Positions 1-11,269 of a stretch of 64,000 nucleotides of DNA are shown in pieces. The DNA is from Podarcis gaigeae (Eukaryota), in assembly GCA_964106915.2 (NCBI GenBank), contig OZ066924.1. One strand, written 5' to 3'. Each line of letters begins with the position of its first letter. The first letter of the stretch is position 1. Position numbers and translations under genes: made by a program. Under the pieces are notes generated by a model. The model worked only from the letters and a program-made list of their open reading frames with translations. It was not told the DNA's origin and did no database searches.

Positions 1-185
1 GTACCACTTCGGCAGGAAGGTAAACGGCATTTCCATGCACTTCTCTGGTTAGTCACACTGGCAATATGACCCAGAAGCTGTCTGTGGACAAACACCAACT
101 CCCTCGGCCTGTAGAGTGAGATGAGCGCCCAACCCCAGAGTCATCCGTGACTGGACCAAAGGGTCAGGGGTACCTTTACCTTTAT
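1..185 (+). mobile_element. Sauria SINE (Squam1), 3' part
   Basis: ggaaggtaaacggc...gggtcaggggtacctttaccttta tail, shared with the full-length copies in the window. Confidence 0.88.
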
Positions 186-335
186 CCTTGTCTTATGTAG
201 GGAGCAGTGGCTTGCAGCTCAGTCTGTAACATGGGGTATCTTTGCAAGTATTGCTTGGATCAAATTATGGCACTTATATTAATGAATGTCTTAAAAATAC
301 CAAACTATACAGTTGTATCTGCCAAGTACCATATA

Positions 336-535
336 CAGTGGTACCTTGGTACTCAAACGGCTCCCAAATGCTGCAAGCCCAGAAGTGAGTGTTCCGGTTT
401 GCGAACGTTTTTCGGAAACCGAATGTCCGACATGGCTTCCGCTTGAGTGTAGGAAGCTCCTGCAGCCAATCGGAAGCCACGCCTTGGTTTTCGAACGGTT
501 TCAGGAATTGAACAGATTAATTTTGAGAGCCACTG
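336..535. mobile_element. Tc1/mariner (Tigger-like) MITE
   Basis: TA|CAGTGGTACC ... CCACTG|TA termini; related to the copy at 34716. Confidence 0.75.
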
Positions 536-920
536 TAATGCATTTCCAGTGTTGCAGCAGTGTTTGATTTATTGTTGAATATATTTCAGTTTTTTTCTAT
601 ATTTCCCCCTGTTGGCTTCGAAAATTCTCAAAATGTCTTATTGTTACGGCAGGTATAACTTTGGTTTCTCAAAAAGTGCTGTCCCGCACTGTGCAACAAA
701 CTGCTTTTGTGACTTACGGGAATCTCAAAAGCAGTATGTGACATGGTTGAGGGTCTGCTGTTCAGGGAAATAAAGGCCTAAGGCAGTTCTCTGGGTTGTG
801 GCCAGTTTCCTATTTTCTCTGTTGCTGTTGCCCCCCATTTTGTGGATTAATGTGGCTATGAAGATTCCTCTTTAACAATATAAATGGTGAACATTTTTTT
901 TTCTCCCCTGCCCGTATCAG

Positions 921-1338
921 GACCCAGACACGAGAACATGGCACCATTATGTATATCAGCCAAAATATCTTGATCAGCAGAAAGCGGAGGAGCTGGAACG
1001 TGAAAAAAAGTTAAAAGAAGATAGCCCCAGAAAAACACCTAACAAGGAAGCCTCCTTCTCCAGCATTCCTGTCTCATTAAACAGCATTAAAGAGGAGCCT
1101 AAGGAGATCAAGCGTTCCGATTCCCAATCACTGGAGGAGAACAAGATCAAAAATGATGATCGAAAGACTCCTGTGAATTGGAAGGAATCCCGGGGCGCCA
1201 GAGTGGCGGTTTCCTCTCCAATGACTCAGCACCAGTCGTACATACAGTACTTGCACGCTTACCCTTACCCCCAGATGTATGATCCAAATCACCCTGCGTA
1301 CCGCGCTGTGTCTCCCGTTCTCATGCACAGCTACCCAG
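921..1338 (+). CDS. ZNF608: Zinc finger protein 608, internal coding exon (first visible in the window)
   Basis: Acceptor ...cccgtatcAG at 919-920. Open frame [43 protein letters not shown]...[64 protein letters not shown], recognised as the ZNF608 C-terminal region. Donor GTGTGT at 1339, phase 1. Confidence 0.93.
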
Positions 1339-1845
1339 GTGTGTACTCAATGCTGCTAGACAGACATTAACTGGGCCGTAGCTTTATCTATTTTGACAGT
1401 GCCTGTTAGCAGCGAAGGAGAATTAGAAGCTTCACAGATGACATTTGTTTTGCAAAGTTCTAGGAGCGAAATAGATTTAACACAAGCTGTTACTTTTTTA
1501 TGAACTGTCAACATTCCCAGATAACAGTTTCCACATCCCGTGTCATTCGGCTGCGGCCATTACACTGACAGATAGTTTATTGCCTATAAAAATATCCTAA
1601 GCACTTACTGTCAGAATCATTATAGTTCCTATTCCTTTCACTTAAGAGGGACCCATAAATGTTTGAAATGGCTCTAAGCTCAACCTACTTTATAACCTCC
1701 CGTTCATTAGGCTGAATTAGCTGGGGCGGAGCAGGAGATCAAAGCTCACGGGTGCAACTTTGGTAATCTGAATTGGATTCATTTGGAGTGCCCTGCCCCC
1801 AAATGTAAACAGTAACGTGATACGGCATTTATTATTTATCTGCAG

Positions 1846-2018
1846 GGGCCTATCTGTCGCCGGGATTTCATTATCCTGTTTATGGAAAGATGTCCGGAAG
1901 AGAAGAGGTGGAAAAAGTCAATACCAGCCCTACTATCGGTGTAAAATCTACCACTGAATCGAAAGCACTGGATTTGCTTCAGCAACACGCCAACCAGTAT
2001 CGCAGCAAGTCTCCTGCT
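1846..2018 (+). CDS. ZNF608: ZNF608 coding exon
   Basis: Acceptor tctgcAG at 1844-1845. Encodes (G)[57 protein letters not shown]. Donor GTAAGA at 2019. Phase matches the previous exon. Confidence 0.95.
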
Positions 2019-2573
2019 GTAAGACATCTCTTGTTATGATTTGTACGCCTTGGGGATAGTCAAGATTTGGGGGAAGAGAGGACACACCAGTGGTATACTT
2101 CTGAAACAGGGCTGGGGTTTCAGCAGGGTTCTATATGTACTGATTCAAGTACCTTATTTGTTAAGCCCACCAGGTCTCCCTATATGACCCCCAAAGCTTG
2201 CTCCTTCAGAACCCCTGCTAGAAACATCGCTGAAGCCCATGGTTCCCAGTATGCATTCACAGTATCATAAAATAAAGTGCATGAGACAATGTCCATGGAT
2301 GTTGGATGCCTCCTTGACCGGTCAATTATACTGTAGCTGTGCAAATGGGAAACCATTTTTTATTTTGTTTTATTTAGTTATATACTGCCTAAAGTAAAAA
2401 ATATGCTTCTAAGCCGCTTCCTGCTATAACTAAAAAAATGATGGATATGGATCGTCTGGTTTCCTGCAAAGCATCTTTATAGCCCAAAGTGCACTGATTT
2501 GGGTAGAAATTCAGATGTACGGATAGTTGGCTCCATGGCCCAGTTCGCACATCGTTAAAAGCAAACTATAACA

Positions 2574-2980
2574 AGCCTGGAGAGCTCAGTTGGTTGGAAT
2601 GTGGTGCCGATAACGCCAAGGTTGCAGGTTCGACCTCTGTATGGGACAGCTGCATATTTCTGCATTGTTGGGGGTTGGACTAGAATTCAGGGGTCAGCAA
2701 ACTTTTTCAGCAGGGGCCGTCCACTGTCCCTCAGACCTTGTGGGGGGCTGGACTATATTTTGGAGGGGGGAAATGAACAAATTCCTATGCTCCACAAATA
2801 ACCCAGAGATGCATTTTAAATAAAAGGACACATTCTACTCATGTAAAAACATGATGATTCCCGGACCATCCACGGGCCGGATTTAGAAGGCAATTGGGCC
2901 GGATCCGGCCCCCGGGCCTTAGTTTGCCTATCCATGGACTAGATGATCCTCAGCGTCCCTTCCAACACTATAATTCTATA
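2574..2980 (+). mobile_element. tRNA-Ile-derived SINE with CR1-type 3' tail, interrupted by a hAT MITE
   Basis: Head agctcagttggttggaatgtggtgccgataacgccaaggttgcaggttcgac resembles tRNA-Ile with A and B boxes. Tail ggactagatgatcctcagcgtcccttccaacactataattctata matches the CR1 3' end. A degenerate second copy lies at about 16787-16883. Confidence 0.75.
2688..2936. mobile_element. hAT-type MITE
   Basis: CAGGGGTCAGCAAAC ... GTTTGCCTATCCATG imperfect terminal inverted repeats (TIRs), with gactaga duplicated on both sides. Close relative of 8639-8887. Confidence 0.8.
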
Positions 2981-3802
2981 CTGGTGTGCCCTGCTGAAAA
3001 GTCCTTGCTGCGCTCCTCCCTCACCGCTGCTCTTGCTACACCACCAAGAAAAAAAGCCAGAATCTGCCTTGTCACAACAGTCAGACCTGAGCTTAAGAGT
3101 TGTTTCCTCCAATAAGCTAAGATAGCTGGTTTGTTCAGAGAGAAACAAATCCAGATTCAGCCAGCACCACAAGCCAGAGTCTGGCTTATTACCTATTGGC
3201 ATGTCAGGAACAGGGAAGGAGCACAAGAACTTTATCAGCAACGTGCACCAAAGCACATTCAAATTAAACCATTGTTTGTTTTTTAACTCTGGGGTTAATG
3301 TGCAGCCCAGACCCTATATGTTGCATTAGAACAGTAACTTCTTATTTTGCAGCTAATAATAAGATATTTAAGGAGGCATGGAGGTTAATTTTAAATTCTA
3401 TATTGTTTCTGTATGAACTGGGTAATTATTTTACTTAGCCTTCCCAAGGTACAGCATAGAGTTTAAGCTAACTAGAACATACACACGCATACCAGAAGGG
3501 ATTCTCTTCCAAACATTTTTTTTTTCAGTTTCCCTATCCATGCGTAAAACAATTGTGTGTTTTTAAATAAGTCAGGCCGCATTGTAATTGCGGAAACAAA
3601 AGCCACTTACCCTAACCTTCAATTAAAGCAGTTTTTTAAAAGCCTCCCAGACCAACGGAGGCAGCAGCATGCCTAGTGAGAAATGAAATCTGCTGAAATG
3701 CAGATACAGGCTGAGTCAGAGAGAATCCCGCAAACCATCAGAATGTGATCTTCTGCATCCGCAAGCGAAGAGCTTACTGTTTGGGTGCCTTTTTGTTTCC
3801 AG

Positions 3803-3956
3803 CCTGTAGAGAAATCTACATCTGAGCGCGAAAGGGAAGCGGAGAGGGAACGAGATCGACATTCCCCTTTTAGTCAACGGCATCTTCATACCCATCACCA
3901 CACCCATGTCGGAATGGGCTACCCACTAATTCCTGGTCAATACGACCCATTTCAAG
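3803..3956 (+). CDS. ZNF608: ZNF608 coding exon
   Basis: Acceptor ttttgtttccAG. Encodes [51 protein letters not shown](G), including the HLHTHHHTH motif of the ZNF608/609 family. Donor GTGAGC at 3957. Confidence 0.95.
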
Positions 3957-4204
3957 GTGAGCTGCATCTTCCTGTTTGGAATCATTAAAGTGGCTGAACT
4001 TGACTGACTTGGATCGCACGTAACACTCAACCACAGTGTAGTATTATGGCAACAATCCACACTCCAGCCCGTTTCCTGCTGTGCACTGCAAGGAGATCAG
4101 AAGCCGAAAGTCCCCCTCTCCACCTCCAGTGTAACTTCAAGGAGGAGATTAAGAAGCTTCCATTCTAAAGATTATGTCTGAGCTTTAAAATGTGGTTCAT
4201 CTAC

Positions 4205-4340
4205 CAGGGTTTTCCAAAGTTGGGTCTCCAGCTGATTTTGAACTTCAATTCCCATCACCCCTGACCACTGGTCCTGACAGCTAAGGATGATGGGAGTTGT
4301 AGTCCCAAAGCTGCTGAAGACCCAAGTTTAGGAAACCATG
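4205..4340. mobile_element. URR1-like palindromic hAT MITE
   Basis: CAGGGTTTTCCAAAGTTGGGTCT ... AGACCCAAGTTTAGGAAACCATG with an internal ttcccatca/tgatgggag inverted repeat. Degenerate relatives lie near 19985-20120, 39380-39515, 49737-49830 and 52880-52995. Confidence 0.7.
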
Positions 4341-4652
4341 ATCTAGACTGGTTAATGAAAGCAAGCTTCAGTCCCCCATGGTGTGCGAGTTGGTTTGTTT
4401 CCATTGGTTATAGTTAAATCTGACTACAGTTTGTCCAGGTTTAGATATATGGAGAAGCAGCAACTGGTCTAAAATGGAAGAAAATGTTTCTCAATGCCTC
4501 CCCAAAGCTGAACCAAGGGGAGGAGGGCGCAATACACAACACTAAGGCTCTCTGGCACTCGTCCTCATAACAGCAAACCATGGTTTAGCAATACATGCAA
4601 GTACAACATTTTCCCATGCTTTTAGGAATAAGACATGTCTATGGAGAGGGAT

Positions 4653-5013
4653 GGGACGCAGGTGGCGCTGTGGGTTAAAGCCTCAGCGCCTAGGACTTGC
4701 CGATCGAAAGGTCGGCGGTTCGAATCCCTGCGGCGGGGTGCGCTCCCGCTGCTCGGTCCCAGCGCCTGCCAACCTAGCAGTTTGAAAGCACCTCCGGGTG
4801 CAAGTAGATAAGTAGGGACCGCTTACCAGCGGGAAGGTAAACGGCGTTTCCGTGTGCGGCTCTGGCTCGCCAGAGCAGCGATGTCACGCTGGCCACGTGA
4901 CCCGGAAGTGTCTCCGGACAGCGCTGGCCCCTGGCCTCTTGAGTGAGATGGGCGCACAACCCCAGAGTCTGTCAAGACTGGCCCGTACGGGCAGGGGTAC
5001 CTTTACCTTTACT
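4653..5013 (+). mobile_element. Sauria SINE, full length, young subfamily
   Basis: tRNA-like head (ggtggcgctgtgggttaa, ggttcgaatcc), (ACCTTT)n tail, and TSD TATGGAGAGGGAT at 4640-4652 and 5016-5028. Confidence 0.93.
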
Positions 5014-5028
5014 TTTATGGAGAGGGAT

Positions 5029-5387
5029 GGACGCAGGTGGCACTGTGGTCTAAACCACAGAGCCTAGAGCTTGCCGATCAGAAGGTCGGTGGTTTGAATC
5101 CCCGCAATGGGGTGAGCTCCTTTTGTTCGGTCCCAACATCTGCCCACCTGGCAGTTTGAAAGCACGTCAAGTGCAAGTAGATAAATAGGTACTGCTCCGG
5201 CAGGAAGGTAAACGGTGTTTCTGTGGGCTAATCTGGTTCGCCAGAAGCGACTTAGTCATGCTGGCCACATGACCCGGAAGCTGTCTGGACAAATGCCAGC
5301 TCCCTCAGCCTAAAGAGCAAGATGAGCGCCACAACCCCAGAGTTGTCCACAACTGGACCTAATGGTCAGGGGTACCTTTACCTTTAC
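5029..5387 (+). mobile_element. Sauria SINE, full length, older subfamily
   Basis: Same architecture, CpG-decayed, flanked by GAGAGGGAT on both sides. Confidence 0.92.
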
Positions 5388-6485
5388 AGAGAGGGATATA
5401 ATCTTGCAAATTAAATTTCCTTATTTATTTATTTATTGCATGACTATTTGAACAAAATTGTCAGCTTCCCTGATGTACAAGGTTACCTATTATGGGTACT
5501 TCAGATTTCATGGGTACTTACATTAAACTGAGAAGAGACAGCCAAAGGATGTTTTGCTTTGCTTGGGGAAGGGGGCATTTTCTCCCAATCACCTTGTGCA
5601 AGCGATATAAAGAGTGTGATACAGTGAAGATTTTTAATGTACATAGAGATACCAGAGATTGAACCTAGAAGCTTCTGCACACAAAGCAAATACTGTACCG
5701 CTGAAATATGCTTTTGGAATGCTTGCACATTAAAAAAGGACATAGCAGTCTTAACATTCTCCCAGCTCCCAAATTAGGACTGTGTTTATTTTGAGAAGTC
5801 CTCGACTCCCTGTTAATGGAGCCGCAGATGGGTTCACAGTAAGCTACACAAGCGAGCTCCCCGCTGCCCCTGTCATCTAGCAATATTAAAAGGAGATTCT
5901 TCCCCTATACAGAAAAGAGCCACTGTCGTGTTTGCAGCACAAACGGCATTAATTCATTATGTTCACTTGGCGCCTTCGCAGTTCCTTTCTTTCTTGGAAG
6001 TCCTGACTGTTTCAAAACGCAATTCAATGGCTCCATGCGCTTTATGGGATACATTATGTGCATTCAAAAGGAAAAACGTTAAAATGATAGCTATTATGAA
6101 AGTATTATGTTCTGAGTAGCTACCACGCCGTCGCCGCAACTCACTGTGACTTTTGATTCTTGTTGTTTCCCGGTGCCTATTATTTCTACTGAGCTTCCTA
6201 TTCAGGAATTCATACAAGCCATTTAGCACCATGCAGTGCGGCACTTGGAAAAGAATACAATAAGGTGGAATGCCTTCTTCCCCTTACAAAATGCCTATTA
6301 GGTGGAATCGGAAGAAGGCATGCTGGCTAAAGGAGGCAGGCAGGTTTTCCTCCTTCTGCCTGCCTGCAATTATTATGTATGCCTTCTGCACAGAGTGCGG
6401 CGGGGCTGTTGTGATTTCATGTCTTGTTAAAACCAGTGGAGGAGATCCATCCATTGAGATACACTGTTTTCACCTTTTCCTCCAG

Positions 6486-6567
6486 GGCTGACCTCTGCTG
6501 CCCTTGTCGCCACTCAGCAGGTCGCGGCTCAAGCTTCTGCATCTGGTATGTTTCCTGCACAACGGAG
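6486..6567 (+). CDS. ZNF608: ZNF608 penultimate coding exon
   Basis: Acceptor caccttttcctccAG. Encodes (G)[26 protein letters not shown](R). Donor GTAAAT at 6568, phase 2. Confidence 0.93.
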
Positions 6568-6806
6568 GTAAATATCCTGTAAACCTTGAAATTATACGCG
6601 TAACAGGCATCTTAATAGGGAGGAGGGGAAGTGAACCACGGTGTTTTGAGGGTGGAGGTCTACATAGACTTCTTAATTGGCAGGTGTTTTCTTTGGTTAA
6701 TAGCAGCGTTACTCTACTCACGACAACGTTTTACGTGGAGCTGATTCCGTCGCGTAGATAATTGATCGCTGAACCAGACCATGTTCCCTTGAAATATGTA
6801 TACGTG

Positions 6807-7142
6807 CCGCATTGGCCGGAATACAAGCCGCACTTTCCCCCCCAAATTCCGACCGTGAGAAGTTAAACGCGCGACTTAAATTTGCAACCTTACACAAATG
6901 GCCCTTACGATATCGCTGCTGGAACAGACAAACGGCAAAACGGAGCAAAAAAATGTTCTATTGCCAATTTGCAATTGTAGCAATTGAATAGCGATTTGCG
7001 ATTTTAGCATTTGTACGGTAACTTTTGCGGGCTTGCAAGATCAAAGGCTTAAATTGGCTCAGAGTTACAATTCTACCAACCGCAGCGATTTTCAGCCTGT
7101 AACCCAATTTTAAGGGATCAGCTTATATTCGGACCAATATGG
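6807..7142. mobile_element. Tc1/mariner/pogo-type non-autonomous element in the last ZNF608 intron
   Basis: Left end ccgcattggccggaatacaagc is an inverted repeat of right end gcttatattcggaccaatatgg|TA. Confidence 0.65.
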
Positions 7143-7189
7143 TATATTGCCCATCATGTCAAAGCAAGTCATTTAGAATTTGCAAACTA

Positions 7190-7191
<2 letters not shown>

Positions 7192-7235
<44 letters not shown>
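7192..7235. repeat. (TG)n microsatellite
   Basis: About 22 uninterrupted TG units. Confidence 0.97.
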
Positions 7236-7236
<1 letters not shown>

Positions 7237-7590
7237 ACCCTCTTTAAACCAAATGTGCATCTCTTTCTGATTTCTTCTGATATTTGTAAGAAGCCATGTG
7301 TTAGTAGAAAACGAGTAGCAGCGCTTTCTCATAGCATGTGACGTGCATTTCTTTGTAAATTATTTATCTGCTTTTAAATAGGATTACTTTTCAACCTTTC
7401 AGAGGAAATGGAAACCTTATATATAATTAAATGCAAGTTAATTCGGTACAGCTTTTAATGACCCAGACTATCCAGTGCTGCTATAAGATAATTCGCGGCC
7501 CTCCCCCGCTCTCGTTTACTGAGATTGTTGACATAAATGAATGAGACTGCATTGTTCTGAAATAATCCCTGCCTTTCTTTTCTTTTTCAG

Positions 7591-7597
7591 AGAATGA
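7591..7597 (+). CDS. ZNF608: ZNF608 terminal exon, coding part ((R)E-stop)
   Basis: Strong polypyrimidine acceptor ctttcttttctttttcAG at 7589-7590. A GAA TGA completes ...QRRE*, followed by a second stop TAA. Confidence 0.85.
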
Positions 7598-7649
7598 TAA
7601 TTTTGGAAATGTGCATCGTCATGTGACTGGATCACATGAAGAAGAAAAA

Positions 7650-7782
7650 NNNNNNNNNNNNNNNNNNNNNNNNNNNNNNNNNNNNNNNNNNNNNNNNNNN
7701 NNNNNNNNNNNNNNNNNNNNNNNNNNNNNNNNNNNNNNNNNNNNNNNNNNNNNNNNNNNNNNNNNNNNNNNNNNNNNNNNNN
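7650..7782. other. N run (133 nt)
   Basis: Seen directly in the sequence. Confidence 1.
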
Positions 7783-8448
7783 TGTTTTTTTATATATATA
7801 TGCTTATATAAATATAAATATATATATAAATATATATATATATAAATATATTCTTTACTTTTTGTATCGGTAATCAGGCTCACACAGAGAGCCTGCTGCT
7901 AAGTTGTAAACCAGAAAGTAAATGAAAAGAAGTGTATTGTCTTGTTTGGAAAACGTTAACCACAAAAGGTTGTTTGTTTCTTCTTTTCCTTCCTTTGGCT
8001 TTTTTAATTGTAAATAACTAACGTTGCGTATCTGTGTGCCTGAACCTTGCATACTCTTCTAATATTGCCCACAACCCTCAATAGAGGTTAACTGTGACGA
8101 CGACGACGACACTTTGGTACAATTTAGATGTCTATTTGGTATCTCCTATTAAGATGCATCAGTGTAAAACGTTACTGTATTAACTGTCTCATTGTAATTG
8201 TGTATTGTGAAGAATATACATTCGGAAGGCATGGGGTTGCCAGTACCACAAAAACTGTGTTGTACATAATGTACAGGATTTTAAATGGGGAAATAATGAG
8301 CACCTGTGAATAATGAAATGTCCTTTTTATAATCTTGAATGGCAAATAACCCAATAGCCTGCATACCAGAAGACGTCTGTGATTGTTCTATTACTTGAAT
8401 AGTCCTGCAGTCTTTTTTTTAATGTTTACAATTATCCCGTTTTAGAAG

Positions 8449-8587
8449 NNNNNNNNNNNNNNNNNNNNNNNNNNNNNNNNNNNNNNNNNNNNNNNNNNNN
8501 NNNNNNNNNNNNNNNNNNNNNNNNNNNNNNNNNNNNNNNNNNNNNNNNNNNNNNNNNNNNNNNNNNNNNNNNNNNNNNNNNNNNNNN
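8449..8587. other. N run (139 nt)
   Basis: Seen directly in the sequence. Confidence 1.
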
Positions 8588-8638
8588 TTTGTACTTTCTG
8601 GTGTCGCACCGTTGATTTACAGATCCTTGGGCTTACGC

Positions 8639-8887
8639 CAGGGTTCAGCAAACGTTTTCAGCAGGGGGCCAATTCACTGTCCCTCAGACCTTGTGGGGGG
8701 CCGGACTATATTTGGGGGGGGGGGGGGTTGAACAAATTTCTATGCCCCACAAATAACCCAGAGATGTGTTTTAAATAAAAGGACACATTCTACTCATATA
8801 AAAACTGATTCCCGAACTGTCTGTGGGCCGGATTGAGAAGGTGATTGGGTCGAATCCAGCCCCCGGGCCTTAGTTTGCCTACCCATG
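8639..8887. mobile_element. hAT-type MITE (same family as 2688-2936)
   Basis: CAGGGTTCAGCAAAC...GTTTGCCTACCCATG termini; degenerate 8-bp TSD GCTTACGC/GCTTAAGG. Confidence 0.8.
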
Positions 8888-8950
8888 GCTTAAGGGCTCC
8901 TTCTAATGTTCACATATTGAACTCTTGACTGAGATTTGAGAAAGGGCATT

Positions 8951-9079
8951 TCAAGTGCACTCTTTCTAGAAAAAAAGGTGCCAGAACTCACCATGAAAGC
9001 CTCCCTTGTTCTCTTAAAATAACGATGGTGCCCATCTGACATGTGCCGGAACTGAGTTCTGGCTGAAAAAAAGCCCTGG
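8951..9079. mobile_element. Short hAT-like MITE family (other copies 25628-25768, 57575-57674)
   Basis: Shared core tctagaaaaagaggtgccggaactcaccatgaa...gagttctggctgaaaaaaagccctg in three places. Confidence 0.65.
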
Positions 9080-10133
9080 GTGAGAGGGGAGATGGACCCC
9101 AGTGTCCTGACTATCACCACTTGGCTCCTTAGCTTAGAGCTTGGGAGCAGTAATTCTGGAGGGGAGTTAAGAGCTACTAGGATTCTTTGAAACCTGGCAG
9201 CACACTAATGTCAGACTTGGGTAGTCTCCCCCCCACCCCCAATTTAGAAACGGATTAGTCCACCCAAAAATAAGATGGTGGTTTCTACAAAAATGTGCAT
9301 CAGCTATATGTACCCTGAGATGATTGGGGGGTGATCCTCACTGTCCTAAATTGGATCACATAATGAAGCTTGTTGAGGCAGATCAGGGCATCCCCAATCT
9401 TCCATGTAGCTCTATTGCCTTATTTCCACAAAAAGATATCAAACAGATAGAATCAGAGAAGCGAAAGGACCCCAAAAGTCGTCTAATCCAGTGCCTGCAT
9501 GACAGATGCTCCATGACATGGCCATATCCCTCTGTTTTTTCCTTCAAAGATGGTACTCCAGGAAGGGGGGCGGGCAGCAAGAAAAACCAGATTTTTTTCC
9601 ACTTTTAAAATTCACCTGACGTGATAGCTCCTGGATCTACTTGCCTAAGCTTTGGCAGATTTGTTACTCAGGAACACCTTCTTCATGTCCCCAGTTTTCA
9701 AACAGATTACCCCCTCCCCTCCCTCAAAGGGGAAAAAAAAACTGGAGGGGAAGAGGTGTGATTTCTGTTTTACCACCCCTAATACCTTGCGAGGAGAACT
9801 GCTGCACCTCATCTGAACTTTTTCCGGTTTCATTCCCTCAGAAGGTCTCTTGCCTGCAGTATGTATCTGGCAGAAGATAAAAAGCAGAGACTTGAAGAAG
9901 GTGTTCCTGAGTAACAAAATGGTATGGGGGGAAAGATGAGTTAAATAATTAAATAATTCCACCAGCGATACCGTTCTGATCCAATCCCACCTGCTGCTTT
10001 TAAGTTTCCAAAACAAAGAGGAGGAGATCCAATCGTTGATCTTCCATATTATGTCTGGGGAAGAGCAATGCGAGTTTTCATCTGTGAAACAACCACCAAC
10101 TCTTATCTGGTCAGTCCCCACACTCTCCCAGTA

Positions 10134-10368
10134 CAGTGGAACCTCGGTTTCCGAGTGTCTCAGAAGCCAAAAGTTTCGGAAAACGAATGCCGAAAAACTG
10201 GACATAATTGCTTCTGTTTTCGAATACACCTCAGAAGTCAAATAGCTGCGTGTTTTTTAATTTTCTCAATGGATTTTGCTGACCGCCCATTGCTCCTTGG
10301 TTTTCAAACGTTTCGGAAGTTGAACGGTCTTCCAAAACGGATTATGTTCGAAAACCGAGGCTCTATTG
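10134..10368. mobile_element. Tc1/mariner MITE
   Basis: TA|CAGTGGAACCTCGGTTT ... AAACCGAGGCTCTATTG|TA; related to 17082-17253. Confidence 0.8.
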
Positions 10369-11269
10369 TACTGATAAAAATGGCAGCTAACAGTCTAGCT
10401 TTGCAGCGGCAGCCATACCCAACTGAGTGTTGAGTTATTGAGCCTGCCCCTGGTTGCATAAGCCAAGTAGCATCAGCTGAAGTACATAATGCGTGCAGTG
10501 AACCAAAGAACTTTGTCGCTGGTTTTGCGTATCCCAAGGGGACTTTGCGTGTTAAATCTCTCAAGCAGCATTTCCCGATGCAAAGTAGTTCTGCATTTTC
10601 AAAACAAAGGGGACTTTCAAAAGGAATTGCTATGGTTTGCTGGCCCGTTGTTCAAGGAGGAGGCCATTGCTTGGTCATGCCTAAAGCATCAAGCCAGGTG
10701 TTTGCAACTTGCTATTCTATTACCTGGAATGCTTTTAAATTTCAACACATATCCCCCAAAGTTGCATTGACACTTGGAGAAGCAGCTTTTATTGCTGGGC
10801 AACGAACCATTTGACGCAGAACCGGTACAGGCAGTTTTCTTTCAGTGGATTCCTATGAACTTCTTTCAGCGTCTCTCCAAAGGCCTTTTGAATTTCTATA
10901 GCATTCTCCCTTAATTATATGATTGCTGTTCTTTGAGCTTTTGGTTAGTATAGTAGAGGTTATTTATTACGTGGAATATAATGCTACAGAATTTGTCCGT
11001 GAAAAGATAATGGAGCAGCAATTTCAGCTGAAATGTATCTATGAAGAAAGCAAAGTGAATAAGGATACCAGAAAAAGACTTGAGGGAGGGGAAACATGGC
11101 CTTGTGTAGCAGTTAGTTATTTCCTTTCTTCAGTGTTGCATCAGTGGCGTGTGAATGTATTGCCCCATGAAAAGCAACTGCAAGGAGGCCATTTTGGATC
11201 AAGGGCGTTAAAGGGCGTTAACCAGTGTCCAGGCTGAACAATGGGGATGGAGATGCTCCTTCAGGTATA

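Larger units (their letters stand above)
7598..8587 (+). promoter_or_regulatory. ZNF608: ZNF608 3' UTR (end approximate, probably within the second N run)
   Basis: AT-rich, transposon-free sequence after the stop, with Pumilio elements and miRNA seed matches. No AATAAA is visible, but a GT-rich stretch follows the gap at 8588. Confidence 0.7.

Noticed and set aside
2574-2648. Functional tRNA-Ile gene
   Set aside because: Stems are mutated and there is no poly-T terminator; it continues into a CR1-like tail, so it is a SINE head.
9645-10241. 198-aa ORF on the minus strand
   Set aside because: Begins inside a Tc1 MITE, and has no recognisable domain, coding-like composition or splice context.
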